64,000 bases of DNA from Bilabrum cf. latius. Its lineage: Eukaryota. The stretch is taken from contig OZ237754.1 in the NCBI GenBank assembly GCA_965178125.1, forward strand, positions 310,001 to 374,000, given 5' to 3'. This document shows, piece after piece, positions 36,858-49,800 of the stretch (position 1 is its first letter; each line of letters starts with the position of its first letter). Under the pieces are notes generated by a model. That model was not told where the DNA came from. It saw only the letters and a program-made list of their open reading frames with translations, and did not search any database. The position numbers were made by a program, and so were the translations under genes.

Positions 36858-39800
36858 CGAGAGCGGTAAGGTTTCCGCCTGGGTACGGGATCGGAGTGGG
36901 TGCCGGGTGGAACCCAGTGCCGCGCTTGACGCCAGCCTACTTCTCCAGCGCAGCCGTGAGCAACTCGTGCAGTGCCACTCGTGCAGCCTCTGGCTGCACT
37001 GCCTGGTCGCGGACGAACTTCGGCATGCCGTGGAACCCAATGCGGGTGAAATTGTTGGGACGGTGGTACTTGGTGATCTGCTCATCGTTCACAGCCAGTG
37101 TCCAGCTCGCCCTGACGACCTTGTCGGAAGCCTGTAGCTCATCGATTTCCACAGTGCCATCCGGCGTGACGTAGGCGGGGCACTGGAAGGCCTGGTCGCA
37201 GGGCGGCTTGTTGTCTAGATGTATTAGCGAGGCGTTGTTCAGCACATTGAGGTCAACCATGAGCTCGCGCTGCATGGCCCGGGGACTCTCCCGCATCAGA
37301 AAGTACGGCACGGACACGTTGGTGCCGTTGCTCATCCTCCACGTAGTCTGAGGAATCTAGCCCAGAAATCCCGTGCCGTTGCCGTACTGGTCCCGCGTCC
37401 CGACGCTCTGGGCCAGATTGGATCCGGGCCCACCCGCTACGCTGATCAAGAAGAACTCAAGCCCGTCCACCTGTTGCGACCTGTTGCCCGGTGTGAGATG
37501 CCTGTGGTGGTGCTGATGCCCCCCACTGTAGTCATCATTCGTCATGTAATAGTCGTCATCTCTCATGTCGTCATCGTCTCCGTAGTCATCGTTGTCGAAA
37601 GAAGGAGCGGGCGAGGGGAACGGGCTTGCAGTTGGGGTCGCTTGCGGCCCGAATGCGGCTGCATTACCGCCTGATTCGCTGTACAATTTCTGTTCTACGC
37701 TTGGACTAAGCACCAAGATGCTGCCATCTTCCAGGTATAGCCACGGGGCGGATTCCGAATCAGAGGCTGCCTGCATTCCGACTTTTCCAGCCTCAGTAGT
37801 ATCCACGAAATCCACGAACGACTCATCACCCCAGGCTGACTGGCCGGCGCCCTCAGAGTAGTCGCTAGCAGTCTCCCACTCGGATGACTCGCCGAACCCG
37901 TGCTCCCATTCTGCCGCGAGCAGGTTCTGGTTCAGCGGGCTTAGCACGCTGGGCGCCAGCTTGCTCTGGGTGGCTCCGAATTCAGCCTTGACGATCACCT
38001 GCAGCAGCGCCAGCAGTCCCATCACGATAAGCGGCGTAATGACCTGACAGGCACACAGGCATTGCTGCCGGCCGATCAAAGTGAGGTACTTGATAGCCAG
38101 GGCTCGACAGCCGTATGAACGCACTGCGTTATCTCCCTTGGTAGCGGCATCTCGGTGCTTCGAGCCGGACATGATATCATCTTGTGAGTCGCCAGCGCCA
38201 GACATCGGCCCTTCCGAACCCAAGCTCTCGGTTTGAGATACCGCAGACGCCGATCCGGCTCCGAGCAAGGAGTCACCCAACTCGCTGTCATCCCTCTGCC
38301 TGTTGGGCTCGCCCGCTGCATCCACCGCTGCATCTGCTCGTCGCATCACCTGCAGGAACACCTCCTCCAGGGAACACATGCTCACGCCCCACTCGCGCAC
38401 TGCGCCGTGCAAGCTACCAGACTAGGCGTCTAGCTTCCCTGCAGGCAATGCAGCGGCAGCCCTAGACTGCGTCGAGGCGGTGGTGCTGGTGTCACCTTCG
38501 CTCCAGGTCTTTGTCTCTTCTCCAGAGGCGATGGATCCACCCCTAGGTCCGTTCTGAATCGCCGGAGCCCCCAACCTGCTGGTACGCCCTGCATCACCCT
38601 CTTCGTCCGTCTGCAGCTCAGTTTCAACCCAGCGCAGCAGCAGGGGCAACTCTTCAACACAACTGAACGGCACAACGAGGGAAACATTGCCGGCGTCTAG
38701 CTCTGCTACCTTCGCGGCGGCCAAGCGCTGCTGCACCGCGGCAGCTACGAGCGGGGCAGCGCTCGGCGTCGTGCTCATGGTAATGCGATAGCCGGAGCCC
38801 TCTCTTTGCTTGAGACTGAGGGCATTGCCTACTGCCCACAGCCTTCCGTGCGCCATGATCAGCACCCGATCACTGAGAGTTTCGGCCTCTAGAAGATCGT
38901 GAGAGGTAAGAATGACGCAGCGGCCGCGCTTGAGGCGCTGCAGCAAGCGCCACACGTCTCTCTTGTTGACAGGGTCAAGCCCTGCAGAGCACTCATCCGC
39001 GATCAGCACAGCCGGGTCGCCAATGCAGGCGATGGCGAGGGAGAGGCGACGCTTCATGCCCCCGCTGTAGTTGCCAGCCGGACGGTCGGCAGCACTCGTG
39101 AGGGACACCTCAGCCAGGCGCTTCTCCACCTCGCGCTCCACGTCCTCAGTGCTTCCCTTGACGCCCTTAATCCGGGCAAATATCCACATGTGCTCACGTG
39201 CCGTGAGCTCAGGCCACAGAATGTCGTGCTGCTGGCAGACGCCGAGCTACTTGCGGATATCGTCGAGGTGGTCCTCCACGTCCATCCCTGCTACCTCTGC
39301 CCTGCCTGTTGTGGGGAGGTAGAGCCCCAGCAGGATGTGAAGCAGAGATGACTTCCCCGCTCCATTGGCCCCTGCTAGAGCCACGCATTCGCCCTTGCGC
39401 GCAAGGAAAGACACTCCTTGCACTGCATGCACGTCACCACCACCACCACCAGCTCCTCCACGCTTAGAGGTCGACGAAACCTGCCTCTCGCCTTCATCTC
39501 CTCCGCCAGATCCACCCGTACCGCACCCCATCCACAGCCAGCTTCCAAGCCTGCCGCAGAGCGAGCACACGTCGTACTTCCTGTACACCTTGGTGAGCGC
39601 CAATACTCTCACAGCAACATCATGGGAGCCGCTTGCGCCGCCCAGCTCCGACCCGCCCTCCGTTGGCACGACCCACGCCTCCTCGGCTGCTTCGTCCACG
39701 CCCGGGTCACGCAGTGCCTCCACCTCCAGCTCCTCCCTCCGCTCGCGCCACCCCGCCGCTGCTCGGCCGGTGATGAGCTGCAACTCATCTCCTGTGGTCC

Positions 39801-41963
39801 CTGCGTTGATGCTTGAGGCTGACAAGAGTCCAACCGCATCCCCAGAAGCCGGCACAGCTGCAGGCAACAGCGAGGCGGGCCCGGCACGGCCCTTGCCTAG
39901 CACAGAGTCGCCGGTCGGCGCCCTGGATCGCCTGGTTGCGCGAGCCTTGGAAGATCGCCGCTTGTAATCAGCACGAGCGCGCTCAAGCGCCACGCTTGGA
40001 TCGTCTTCAGCGCAAAAACACGTTGCCGCGCGGCCGCACGATGAGGTTTGCTTTCTGCCGCAGCACCGCCCCTGCCACCCCACCCCAACGCAGCAGCAGG
40101 GGTGCTGCGGAGAACCGTGCTGCCCAGGCATGATGCTGTCAAGATAAAGGGCCAGAGACGCAAACAGGACCATGTCGCCCAGCATGAGCCATATGCTCTC
40201 GCTGGGGGGCGGGTTGTTGATGTGGAAGCCGAAAACGTTCAGCTCCCTGGACTTGTGCAGGTCGGACCAGTGGAACCCTGGGCCAGGGATGACCTTTCCT
40301 GCCCTTGCATCGATGGTGCTAGTGGCCATCTGCGCGATATCGAAGAAGCTCTTGGAAAAATTGAAGGCAGGGTACAGCTGCATCACGTACCGGATGAGCT
40401 TGATCCACGTCTTGATTGGGTGCATCCACAGGCAGTCGATGAGCCCCCCGTACCCCGCGCTAAGGATGCCCTGGAACACGAAGGACAGGAGCACGGCAGC
40501 CAGCCCGACCGTCTGTGCCAGCTTGGCCGAGTCCACGAGGGTGGAGAGCAGGAACGCCAGGGAGACCTGAGCCATCCCGAAGATGACAAACATAACAAAG
40601 TTGGCGCCGAAGCTGGACCTAGAAAAGTACTCGAAGCCCGCCGCGTACCCCGATGCAATCAGCACGAGCGATGTCAGTGCGCAGTAGGCCAGCCCCACGA
40701 ATGCCCACGATCCCCAGAATGCCGCGTTCCGCATGCCCATGGTCCTCATACCCAGCCGCAGCCTAGCCTCCTTCTCCCCGACAATCTCGACCAGCAGCAC
40801 GTAGAAAATGATGAGCGCGGGGAGGATGTACCACTGGCCACCCTGCTGCGCCACCACATTGAATGCGTGGATTCTCGGCTTTGGCTTAGGAAAGTGCCTC
40901 CACGAGAGGTCGATGGCTGCCTCTCGCTGCACCGTGCCGCTGTTCGAGGGGTCCCCCGCCACGGCCAGCTGTGCGATGTCTAGAGCCCTCTTCAGCTCTA
41001 GCGTGTGTGCAGACTCAAAGAAGGGGTATCGGGTCAGGCTGATGTTGTAGTAGATCATGTAGGTATCCAGCGGCCGCTCCAGCCAGAGGTACTCGCCTAG
41101 AAACAGCACTACCTGCGAGTTGAGTTGGAAGAGGAGCAGGGAGCGCAGAGAGAATGACAGATGCAATGCACGTGTTAGATATGACGATAGGCAAGGAAGG
41201 AAGCCGTGGGCATTATAATCGAAAGGAGCGGCCCAAATGGTGCGAGCATCATGCGCCAACTCACGTTCTGGGTCCGGTTGGGCCGGCTCAGCATGTACTC
41301 AGTCACAGTGCGGTTGTCGCGCATGAAGTCGCACGGAAGGCAGGGAACGCCCAACCCACCAGGTGAAAAGCCACTGGGGATCGCGAGCCGTAGCGGGCCT
41401 TCGCTTGGGTTGAGCTGCTTCCCGGTTTCCTGGACGTTGCTCGAGGAGCCGCTGCGGGGATCCCCCAGGATCCGGCGCGTTAGCTCCATCGCCGTCTGGC
41501 GCGGCTCGGTGGATTCCATGAGCTCGCATTTCGGCCAACTGCCATTCACTTGTGGTGCAGTAGCATTGCACCAGGACCACGGGTCCGTTTGGGATAGCAC
41601 GCCAGGGACTTGCTGTGGTGCAGTGTCGCTCAACAGGAACCCAGCGAGGGCGTCGCTATCCATCAGGGCGCGAACCCCAGGCGTAGCTGGCGCGTACACA
41701 AGGGTCTCGCATTCGCTTAAATGGGCTCCAATTGTACACTCTGGAAGCTGACCAACCTCAGATGCTGCTGGGTACGGCGTCTCCGAGTTCAGCAGCACGT
41801 CTGACAGCGCCTGAAAGCCCACTAAAAGTATTGTCACGACAACCGGGGAAAGGAGGAGCGAGCACGACTGCCTCCAATTTCGTACCTGCAATATCCAATT
41901 CTTGTATAGAAGAACGCCCAGCTACCTGCAGCAGGAGGATCCCTCCAGTGACACGTCACCCAT
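36856..41963 (-). CDS. ABCA: ABCA transporter, 5' part (TMD1, NBD1, second extracellular region)
   Basis: ATG 41963, R(TAG)LGVLLYKNW, intron 41264-41113, IVGEKEARLR..MRTMGM, GANGAGKSS, LGVCQQHDILW, YSGGMKRRLS, DECSAGLD, LTSHDLLEAE, SLEEVF. Five TAGs. Reconstructed full gene is about 2420 aa. Confidence 0.92.
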
Positions 41964-43695
41964 TGCTACACCAGCTGCAGCAGTCACCGCTTGCTGCACC
42001 CGTCAAATTTCGGTTCTATGCACGAGCAAACAGCAATGACAATTACTGTTTATATTCTGTAGTTGATAACTTCTGTAGAATAGGTTCAGAACGCGGTGCG
42101 CTGTATCCGTCGAATGTAACGGAACAATACACAATTTACTGGTTTTTGCCGGTTCCGGATCAGCAATTTGCGCGGCGCCCAGATAATTCGGAGAAGAAAT
42201 CATGATGCAATTCGATTCAGCGCGCTCTTGCGAGTCTGCTGGTGCGCCTTTCAACTCCATACGATGAGATTAAGTCTGTTAACATGCCATTCAAAGAATT
42301 GGCCTCTAGCAGGGAGCTGCAGCTTTGCGCGGCGCCAAAACTGTGTGATTAGTGTCGCACGACACCCCGACACTGCCCGCATACCCCTTTCTAGTCTACA
42401 AAATAGACCTAAAAATATACCTGTATGATAATGATGCTAAATTATACGCTGCTGTGCAGACGAATGTCTGAATAAGATTCATTTGGACACGACAGGGTCC
42501 ACGGTCATCCCTCTGGCAGCCGCAACAAACTTGCTTCGATTGGCCCTCTGAGATACTGAATTTGATTACACTCCTCATAATTCTGAGCAAATTGATGACT
42601 TTATTCAAATAACGCGCTCATATTCTGCTGTGCGGTTCATGAGTAGGGTGTTTCCCGTGAGGATGACTGAACCAGGCCGCAGAGTTAGCTATTGCACATT
42701 TACCTCACCAATCTGCAGCTTACCGCGAATTGAGACCAACCACTACATTTTTTGTATTGATCGTATTCAGAAAATCGAACAGGAGGCTACTATGGCCATC
42801 ATTAGGACACGAGCAGCACCAGCAGCTGTGCGGGTGGCCAGATCCAGAAGACCTGAAGTACGCCATGCTATTCTACACCATTGGGACTGAAAATCCGTAC
42901 ACTGCCTTTTATTAGGTATATTAATACCATGATTAGTCTCAAACTAGTACTGGCCTCATAGATTTGACACAATTGTGTTCTGAATGGTACCAAACCACTG
43001 GAAACAGCCACAACTTGCGAAATTGTAGGACCTGTACAAATACAGTACCATACACAAACAAATCGTATGTATAAATAAACTATAAGTGTATCAGGACAGT
43101 GGTGAATTGGATTCTGCCCAAAATGAATCGAGATCTGACGTCAAATGAGACCATCCTCGGTTCTAATGGACTCTCTGTGACATACTGGAGCGGTGATTTG
43201 TTTTAAATACCTATTTGATCTGTAATGAAGTCGACCAATAGCGCATTCTATTCGTCGAAATGATTGCACAATAGGGATGCAGCGTGGACTGTGGTTTCAG
43301 TGGCATTTGGATCAGCGTGCTGCTCCTCTCGTTAGCCTTACGGTGGTTGTATGGTAATTCACTAATTACACAATGAAAAAACCTCATTACATGGAAGATA
43401 CGCTATTGATGTCGCGTGATAATCGACGAGTTGTATTGTGTCGGGGATCGTTGCGGTCAAGAATTGGTGTGATGAATGTGTCGGGGTAAGTTACAACCGA
43501 CGGATTGCGGCGAAATGGAAACTACGCGTAATCGAATCAGGAATCTAGCACGATACTACACGTTACAATTTGCTTGCCGGCCTGGGGCTGGCCGAGCATG
43601 TCGAACAAAATCATGCAGTATAGAGGTGCTTTCATAAGGCCGGGTGCCGGCTATCTGCTCATCAGCGGCCAAGATTCTCCCTCATGCTCTCTGCA

Positions 43696-45210
43696 TCACT
43701 CCTGCTCCATCCAGGTGATACCGCAGCTGGTGCACTTGAACTTCCTGACGGCCTCTGGCCTGTCCTTGCTCCCCCACGTCTCGTTCTTGCCGATATCTCT
43801 CGCCTGGTGCACCATGAGACACAGCACGCTGTCGCTCCCGCAGCTGCTGCAGCTCGCCCCCGGTGCCTCCCTCCAGTCTCCGCCGTCATCTCCGGAGGAC
43901 ATCTGCCTGATGAACGTGCTCCTTTCCCTCTGCTTTGCCTCTGCCACCTGTGGGGCGGCCAGCTCCATGGTGGTCATGCGAGCCAGGTTCGCCGGGGGGA
44001 TATCCCCTCGAAGAACCTTCCTTCTGAATTCATCGTTGCCCTCCGCGGCCAGCGCAAACACGATCGCTTGCGCCTGACGCCTGTAAAGGCTGCGCCCGTC
44101 TGCTGGCGCACTGGCAGCCGCACTGGCACTGCTGCTGCTGCTGCTGCTGCTGGCAGATGTCCCTGCCAGTTCCGGTTTTGACGATAGGGAACCTGCATGA
44201 TCTGATGGGCCATTCGACGGCAAAGAGGGAGCTGGGACCGCTCCAGGCCCGCCGTCAGGATGCTGGCCCAGGGCCGCAGCAGCAGCGAGGGCGGATTCGA
44301 TCTGCTCCGCAAGCCTGGCTGCACCCTCCCCGGTGAGAACGTCTTGACGCCTCGTCTCGGCGTCTGCGCGGCGCTCCAGGAGAGCATCATCGCTGATGGT
44401 TTCAGCTGCAGCAGTTGCACGGGGCGATGGAGCGGAAGAAGCCAAAGGGGCAGATTCAGGAGCTGCCGATGTGCCGTCTGATCGGAGCCCTGCACCGCCA
44501 GAAACGGGAGTCGCACCCCCTGAACTCGGTCCAACGACCATACTTGATGCTCGCAGTAGCGACTAGGCGAGCACACGCGCTGCAGATCGCCTATGTGGTG
44601 GCAGCGTAGAGCCGCACGTCGCCGGAACAGCAACTGTTCGAGCTCGCCCGGGGAGAACGCCCAGCCGCGTCTAGCGGTCAACAGGCCCCTCTCCATCTGA
44701 ATCACTGCTACTTTCTACAAGATCTATTGTGAGAGAGTCTTTGGCGGCGTTCTTTTGGCGCTCAAGCGAGCGTTGCCTCGCCTTCTCGATTGCCAAGTCT
44801 CGCTCCTCCTGCATCTTTTCTAGCCTCCGAATCTTCTCTTGTCTCTGCGTATTGCTGTCCGATTTACTACCAAGTTCTCGCTGTCGCTTCAACTTTCGAC
44901 GGGCCGCTATCTCGGAGCCAGTTGGTAACCTCGGCCTCTCTGGAGCAACGACGCTCCCGTCTATTTTGGCCTGCTCCGAGCTTAGTTCAGCTGCTAGCTC
45001 GGTTTTTATTTGAGTGAGAAGCGGGGTTATTTGTTTCTCTTGCAAACCCATTTCCTTCTTGTCAATCACTTCCCATTTTGCACGGAATCGCGCAGCCTTC
45101 GAGCACGACGCATGCAGCACGCAGAACAAGTGCCCTTCAAACCGAATCGTGGCCTTCCGGGCCCCACAATCTTCGCAGTACAGTGGAGTATGTCTACGTC
45201 TCGCAAGCAT
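43696..45210 (-). CDS. TFIIS-like protein (N-terminal Cys/His finger, TFS2M-like central domain, C-terminal zinc ribbon)
   Basis: ORFs 44671-45321 and 43696-44541 join through TAGs at 44671 and 44563. LYRRQAQAIVFAL...NDEFRRKVLRGDIPPANLARMTTMELA; CSSC...FKCTSCGITW. TGA stop. Confidence 0.75.
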
Positions 45211-45381
45211 GCTGGGTGCTAGCTGGGTATTATCAGAGAATGCAGCTTCTGAATTTGCGCACGAGCAGCACTGTCGTGACGAGTGGCAGGCCGGCCGAGG
45301 GTGGGGCTGGAAGGCTGGCACGGCTGGCAGGCATGCAGAATCCGATGCATGCAGACACCCGCAGCACGAAAGCCCAGGGCC

Positions 45382-46527
45382 TCATCGCTGCCTTGGCTCG
45401 TTCTGGCCCATTCCCTCCAGCCTCAGCATGCGAATGTAGGGCATGGGTGGAGCGGCATCCAGCAGGAGACAGTCGCCAGTGTACAGCTCCGCAGGCCGCC
45501 CGTCCAGCGTAAATGTGAGCCGCCTGTCGGGTCTCTTGCTCTGAAACGTAAAGGCCAGCTTGGTCTTTCCGGGAAGGACCATGGGACGGAATGCCAGCGA
45601 GTTGGGGTTGATGGGGCAGATTTGCACTGCCGACATGCCGGCATCTACGGCCGATGCACCCAGCGTGCGAGCGTATCCCGAAGACCCGCTTGGCGTAGCA
45701 AAGCACATCCCATCGCTCCGAATGGTCGCAACCGAGTGTCCCTCCACGTGCAGCAGCGCCTGCACGGTGGTGGGCGAAGGCGCCCTGTGGACGAGCAGGT
45801 CATGCAGCACGGGTGCCCGCCACACAGCCGAGGACCAGCCCTGCGTCGTGAGCGTCACCGCCGGGGTGAAACCGTGGGGCAGCCTTCCAGAAATGTCTTG
45901 GGCAATTGCTGCTGCAGGCGCAGGCGCTTGCTGAATGCCCCCGTTCCGAGGCAGGTGCTCCGCGATGCTCGCTTCGTTCGCAAAGGGAGAATCCGCGCCC
46001 CTAACGACGGTGCATGCCAGTCTGTGCCTATGTATCACGTAAAAACTCCCCTCAAATACCTTCTCGAGTGCGTAGGCGACCCAGGGCTGCAGCTGACCAT
46101 CAGAATCGCCACACTCCCGAACGTCCAGTGAGATGGAGAGAGGCACCTATCTCGGGTACAAACGCGAAATCTCGGCGCGACCAGCGTGCAATGAAAAACT
46201 TATGCACATATCTACGCTACGCAGTGTGGCTTTATTGTCCGCATCGATTGGCTCTGTCCCGATTCTCGCCAAGTACTCGCTCCCAGCCAGGCCGCTCGGG
46301 TCCACCCCAATTACTCTCAAGCCTAAATTCTGCCTGAGAAAGCTTACGACATTGGAAGGACCAGTATCAGATTGCCTAGCTGTAATGGGGTCGATTACGA
46401 GAGCACAAAGCTGTGGCGACTAGTCCCAGCTCCAAAGAGTGTCCGTGCTGTTGGCAGCCGCAGCCACAAGGGTTCTGGTTTGCGGCCTGCGCGGAACAGC
46501 TACCCGCGAAACGAGCCGGCGAAACAT
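45382..46527 (-). CDS. Divergent NAD kinase-like protein with a predicted mitochondrial presequence
   Basis: One frame from ATG 46527 (MFRRLVSRVAVPRRPQTRTL) with TAGs at 46420 and 46147. C-domain IRSDGMCFATPSGSSGY, ICPINPNSLAFRPMVLP, TLDGR. TGA stop. Confidence 0.75.
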
Positions 46528-46837
46528 GCGACTCTGTACCGTCAGTTGTTGCTTTGACGCATTCTGAGCAAGGAATATGCATCAAGCAACCGGCGGCAAG
46601 TATGTGTACTGGTTGCGACCGCTTGCATTGAACTTTCAAGAAGAAGATTAAAACCGCTTGCACCTAGTGCCTGTCTTTGCGACGCCCGGGCATCAATTAT
46701 TGTTCGGAATATCTGGGTTGATCGTTACTTTTTTGATTGCCGATCTATTTATATTCGGATCCGAGCGGGCAGCATCAGCCTGGGCTAGCTTGCTGCTACG
46801 CACTTCGTGGAGCCTCCAACGGATTGATCACGTCGTC

Positions 46838-49800
46838 ATGGTTGCTGCATCTCTCGAGAAGGCGGAGGCCGAGATCGATATGCTACAGAAACGAATAATG
46901 AATGCAACGCAGGTTTTGTTCGAGACGAAGAAGGCAAGGGACGAGCTAGAGCAGAAGCTCGTTGCGACTGCGACACGGGAGCGTGGGAAGGACTTGGCTG
47001 CTGCCAAGTCACAGGGAGGAGGAGAAGCTGGCGAGGGAGGTGCTCGAGCTGCAGCAAAGCTACTAATGGAACGCTAGAGAGATCTGCTCAAGCAGGAGGC
47101 GAGTAGCAAACCCGTAAAGACGGAATAGAAGAGAATACACCCCTCAGCCGCAAGCCGGTCTGGCACGAATGGAAACCTTCCCACGTCCCCTGGACGCTCA
47201 TCCATGCGCCCGTCACGGCGAGCAATTGAGTCCGGCATGGCATATCTTCGCAAGAAGGAAGCATCGCGTGTTGTAGAGCGGGAAAAGGTCACGAAGCGAG
47301 CAGCGCTTATCCAGAAGTAGCTCCTGCGCGGAATCGAAGACTTGGCTCGCGAGATTGCCGCAGCCAAGGAAGCCAAGAACGCTATTTTGTAGCACATAGA
47401 GGAGCGCCGCAAGTCGGACGTTACCTATCATCAGGTTGCGGTCGACATGAACGTTGCGACTGACAGTGTCAAGGCTGCCAACCGGCGGGTGGTAGCGCTC
47501 AGGGGCACCGTGGCGTCGCTTCGGGGTGCCAAGGAACAGCTAGCGCACGAGGTTCGGTCTCTCAGCAAGCAGACCAGGAAGCTCGAGCGCGAGTTTGCCC
47601 AGGCCGGAAACGCCGACGGTTCCCTGGTCGCTCTCCAGGCGGTGCAGGGCATCGCATAGCAAGCCGGTGTGCCGCTGCTGAACCCTTACGCCGAGGAGAG
47701 GAAGAGGCAGGACATCCTGAAGAAGAAGCAAGAAGAACGCAAGAAATTGGAGGACGAGGCGGAGCGGCTAGCGCAGGAGGCCAAGGAGAACCCCAGGGCT
47801 GCCCTCGGAGGTGGAGGCAGCGGAGTCTTCATCACGCAGTACCCTTTGCACATGGACGGGGGGAGGTACGTCCCGGACGAACCCCTGGATTCGGAAGAGG
47901 AGCTGAGCGACGACGGAAGCGAGGCGATGGGGGCACCTACCATGATGAAGAGGAAACCTGGTGGATCTCGGGGAGCCACGCGAGGCGGCGGGCCATCCGG
48001 GCTGCAGCAGGCCCCTGTGCAGCCGCAGGCATCCAGAACGGACGTTGGCTTCGAGCTGGAGTCAACGGACAGCGACGAGTCCTCGGACACAGAGGACGAG
48101 GACTACCGCAAGCGTCAGAGGCGCAAGTCGAGCTACCGCCCCCCGTCCAGGAACTTGGGTGGCTCTCTGCCTGGAGGCGAAGAGGTGGACGAGGCGTTGG
48201 ACCATTCCGTGGTGCAGGCGCCCATCGTGCCTGCCATCGGCCTGGGGTCGGAGGAGGAAGAGGGGGTGGCGGCGGGGGTGGGTGGCATGATGGGGAGCTC
48301 TTTGGTTTCGATCCCGGACGGCTCTGTCGTTTCCCTGGTTCCCTCGCATTCCGCGGCCTTCGGCCACTCGTCGGAGGTGCATTCGCCTCCGCCGCGCACA
48401 CCCAACGCGAGGGGTGCAGAAAGCGGCTGGAACGAAGGCAGCCGGGGCAACTCGAGGCAGTCAGCGCGCGGGTCTAAGGCAAAGACTGGCGGTGGTGGCA
48501 CTGGCGCTCTTCCACCGGTGCGAGGCACGCACAGGCGAGGTGGCCGCGGATCGAGGGCCGGCGCCAGGCACCAGCGAGATGATGGCGTTCTGAAGGTCGT
48601 CACAAGCTCTGCCTCGCTTATGAGCCTGCATGGGGCACACGGGGGAAGCATGGTGCCGACGCCCACGTCTACGACCGCCTCGAAGGGTATTGCAGCTAGA
48701 AACGACGCGTCGTCCACCGTGCGGCGGGGCAGGCGCGCATCTGGCCTGGCCGGGGGCTCTGTGCAGCTGGGCACTCGCAGCACGAGTGCCCTGCCCGCAG
48801 CCGGAGGGATGGGCATCAAGGCACCTCTGGGCTCTATTCATGCGCAGAGCGTGGCTGCTTTGGGCGCGGCGGGTGCTCTGGCTCGAGCAAGCGCAGTCGG
48901 CGGAGCCCCTGGTCCCAAGTGGGCGGGCAATCGCGGTCTGCAGCCGCTTGGCTCTAGCAACAGCGTGCACGAGGAGCCGCGTCCTAGGCTGAACCCTGAC
49001 GGCAGCACGTTCCGCCAAAGTACTGATCCCTACCACGAGGACGACGAGGAGCTTCAGCGGGCTGCGCTTCGGCAGCAGGCGGTGGGCGGGGAGCTTCTCC
49101 CGTTCGAGAAAGAGAAATAGAAGATTCAAAGAAGAAAGAGAAGGCTGGATCGAATCGAACGGAAGGAGCATAGGCAGCAGCAGGACAAGGCGAGGCGAAG
49201 GGGCTCAGTGCTCGAGCTGGCGGGGCTGGCGCCCGTGAATTAGTCCCGCATGGGCAGGCGCGGCTCAACGGCAAAGGGGGCTAGGAGGAACAGCGTGTCG
49301 CAAGGCAAGCAAAAATCAAGAGCGCAGCTTCGAGACGAGAAACGGAAGGCGATGAAATTCGCGCTGTCCATCCAGATCCAAACTCTCGCAGAGGAGATGG
49401 GCCAGGGTGTGAACACGAGCCAGGTGGGGGCAGACGCCACAGAAGGCATCCTGAGCTCGCTGCCGACCGTGTTCGGAGGCATTCGGGAGCCGCCGGCGGA
49501 TAAGAGCTCTACCGAGGACACGTAGGCATGGCGCGCATTCGAGAATCAGCTCAAGCAGCACCAGAATGAGCAGAGCAAGGTCGACACTTGGAAGGGCATC
49601 GCAGGTCTCGTGGACGCTGCGTCAAAGGGCAAGGACCAGGGCGAGGAGGAGCAGGGACAGAACAGGCCTGGCGGCGCCTCAGCCTTCATGCGTATGCTGG
49701 AACAGAGAGCCATGGAAGCTGAGCGGAGAGCCGCGGCCGAGCAAACCTGGCGCAACGCGCAGTCCGAGCACCTGCAGTGGGAGCTGGACGGACTCGAGAA

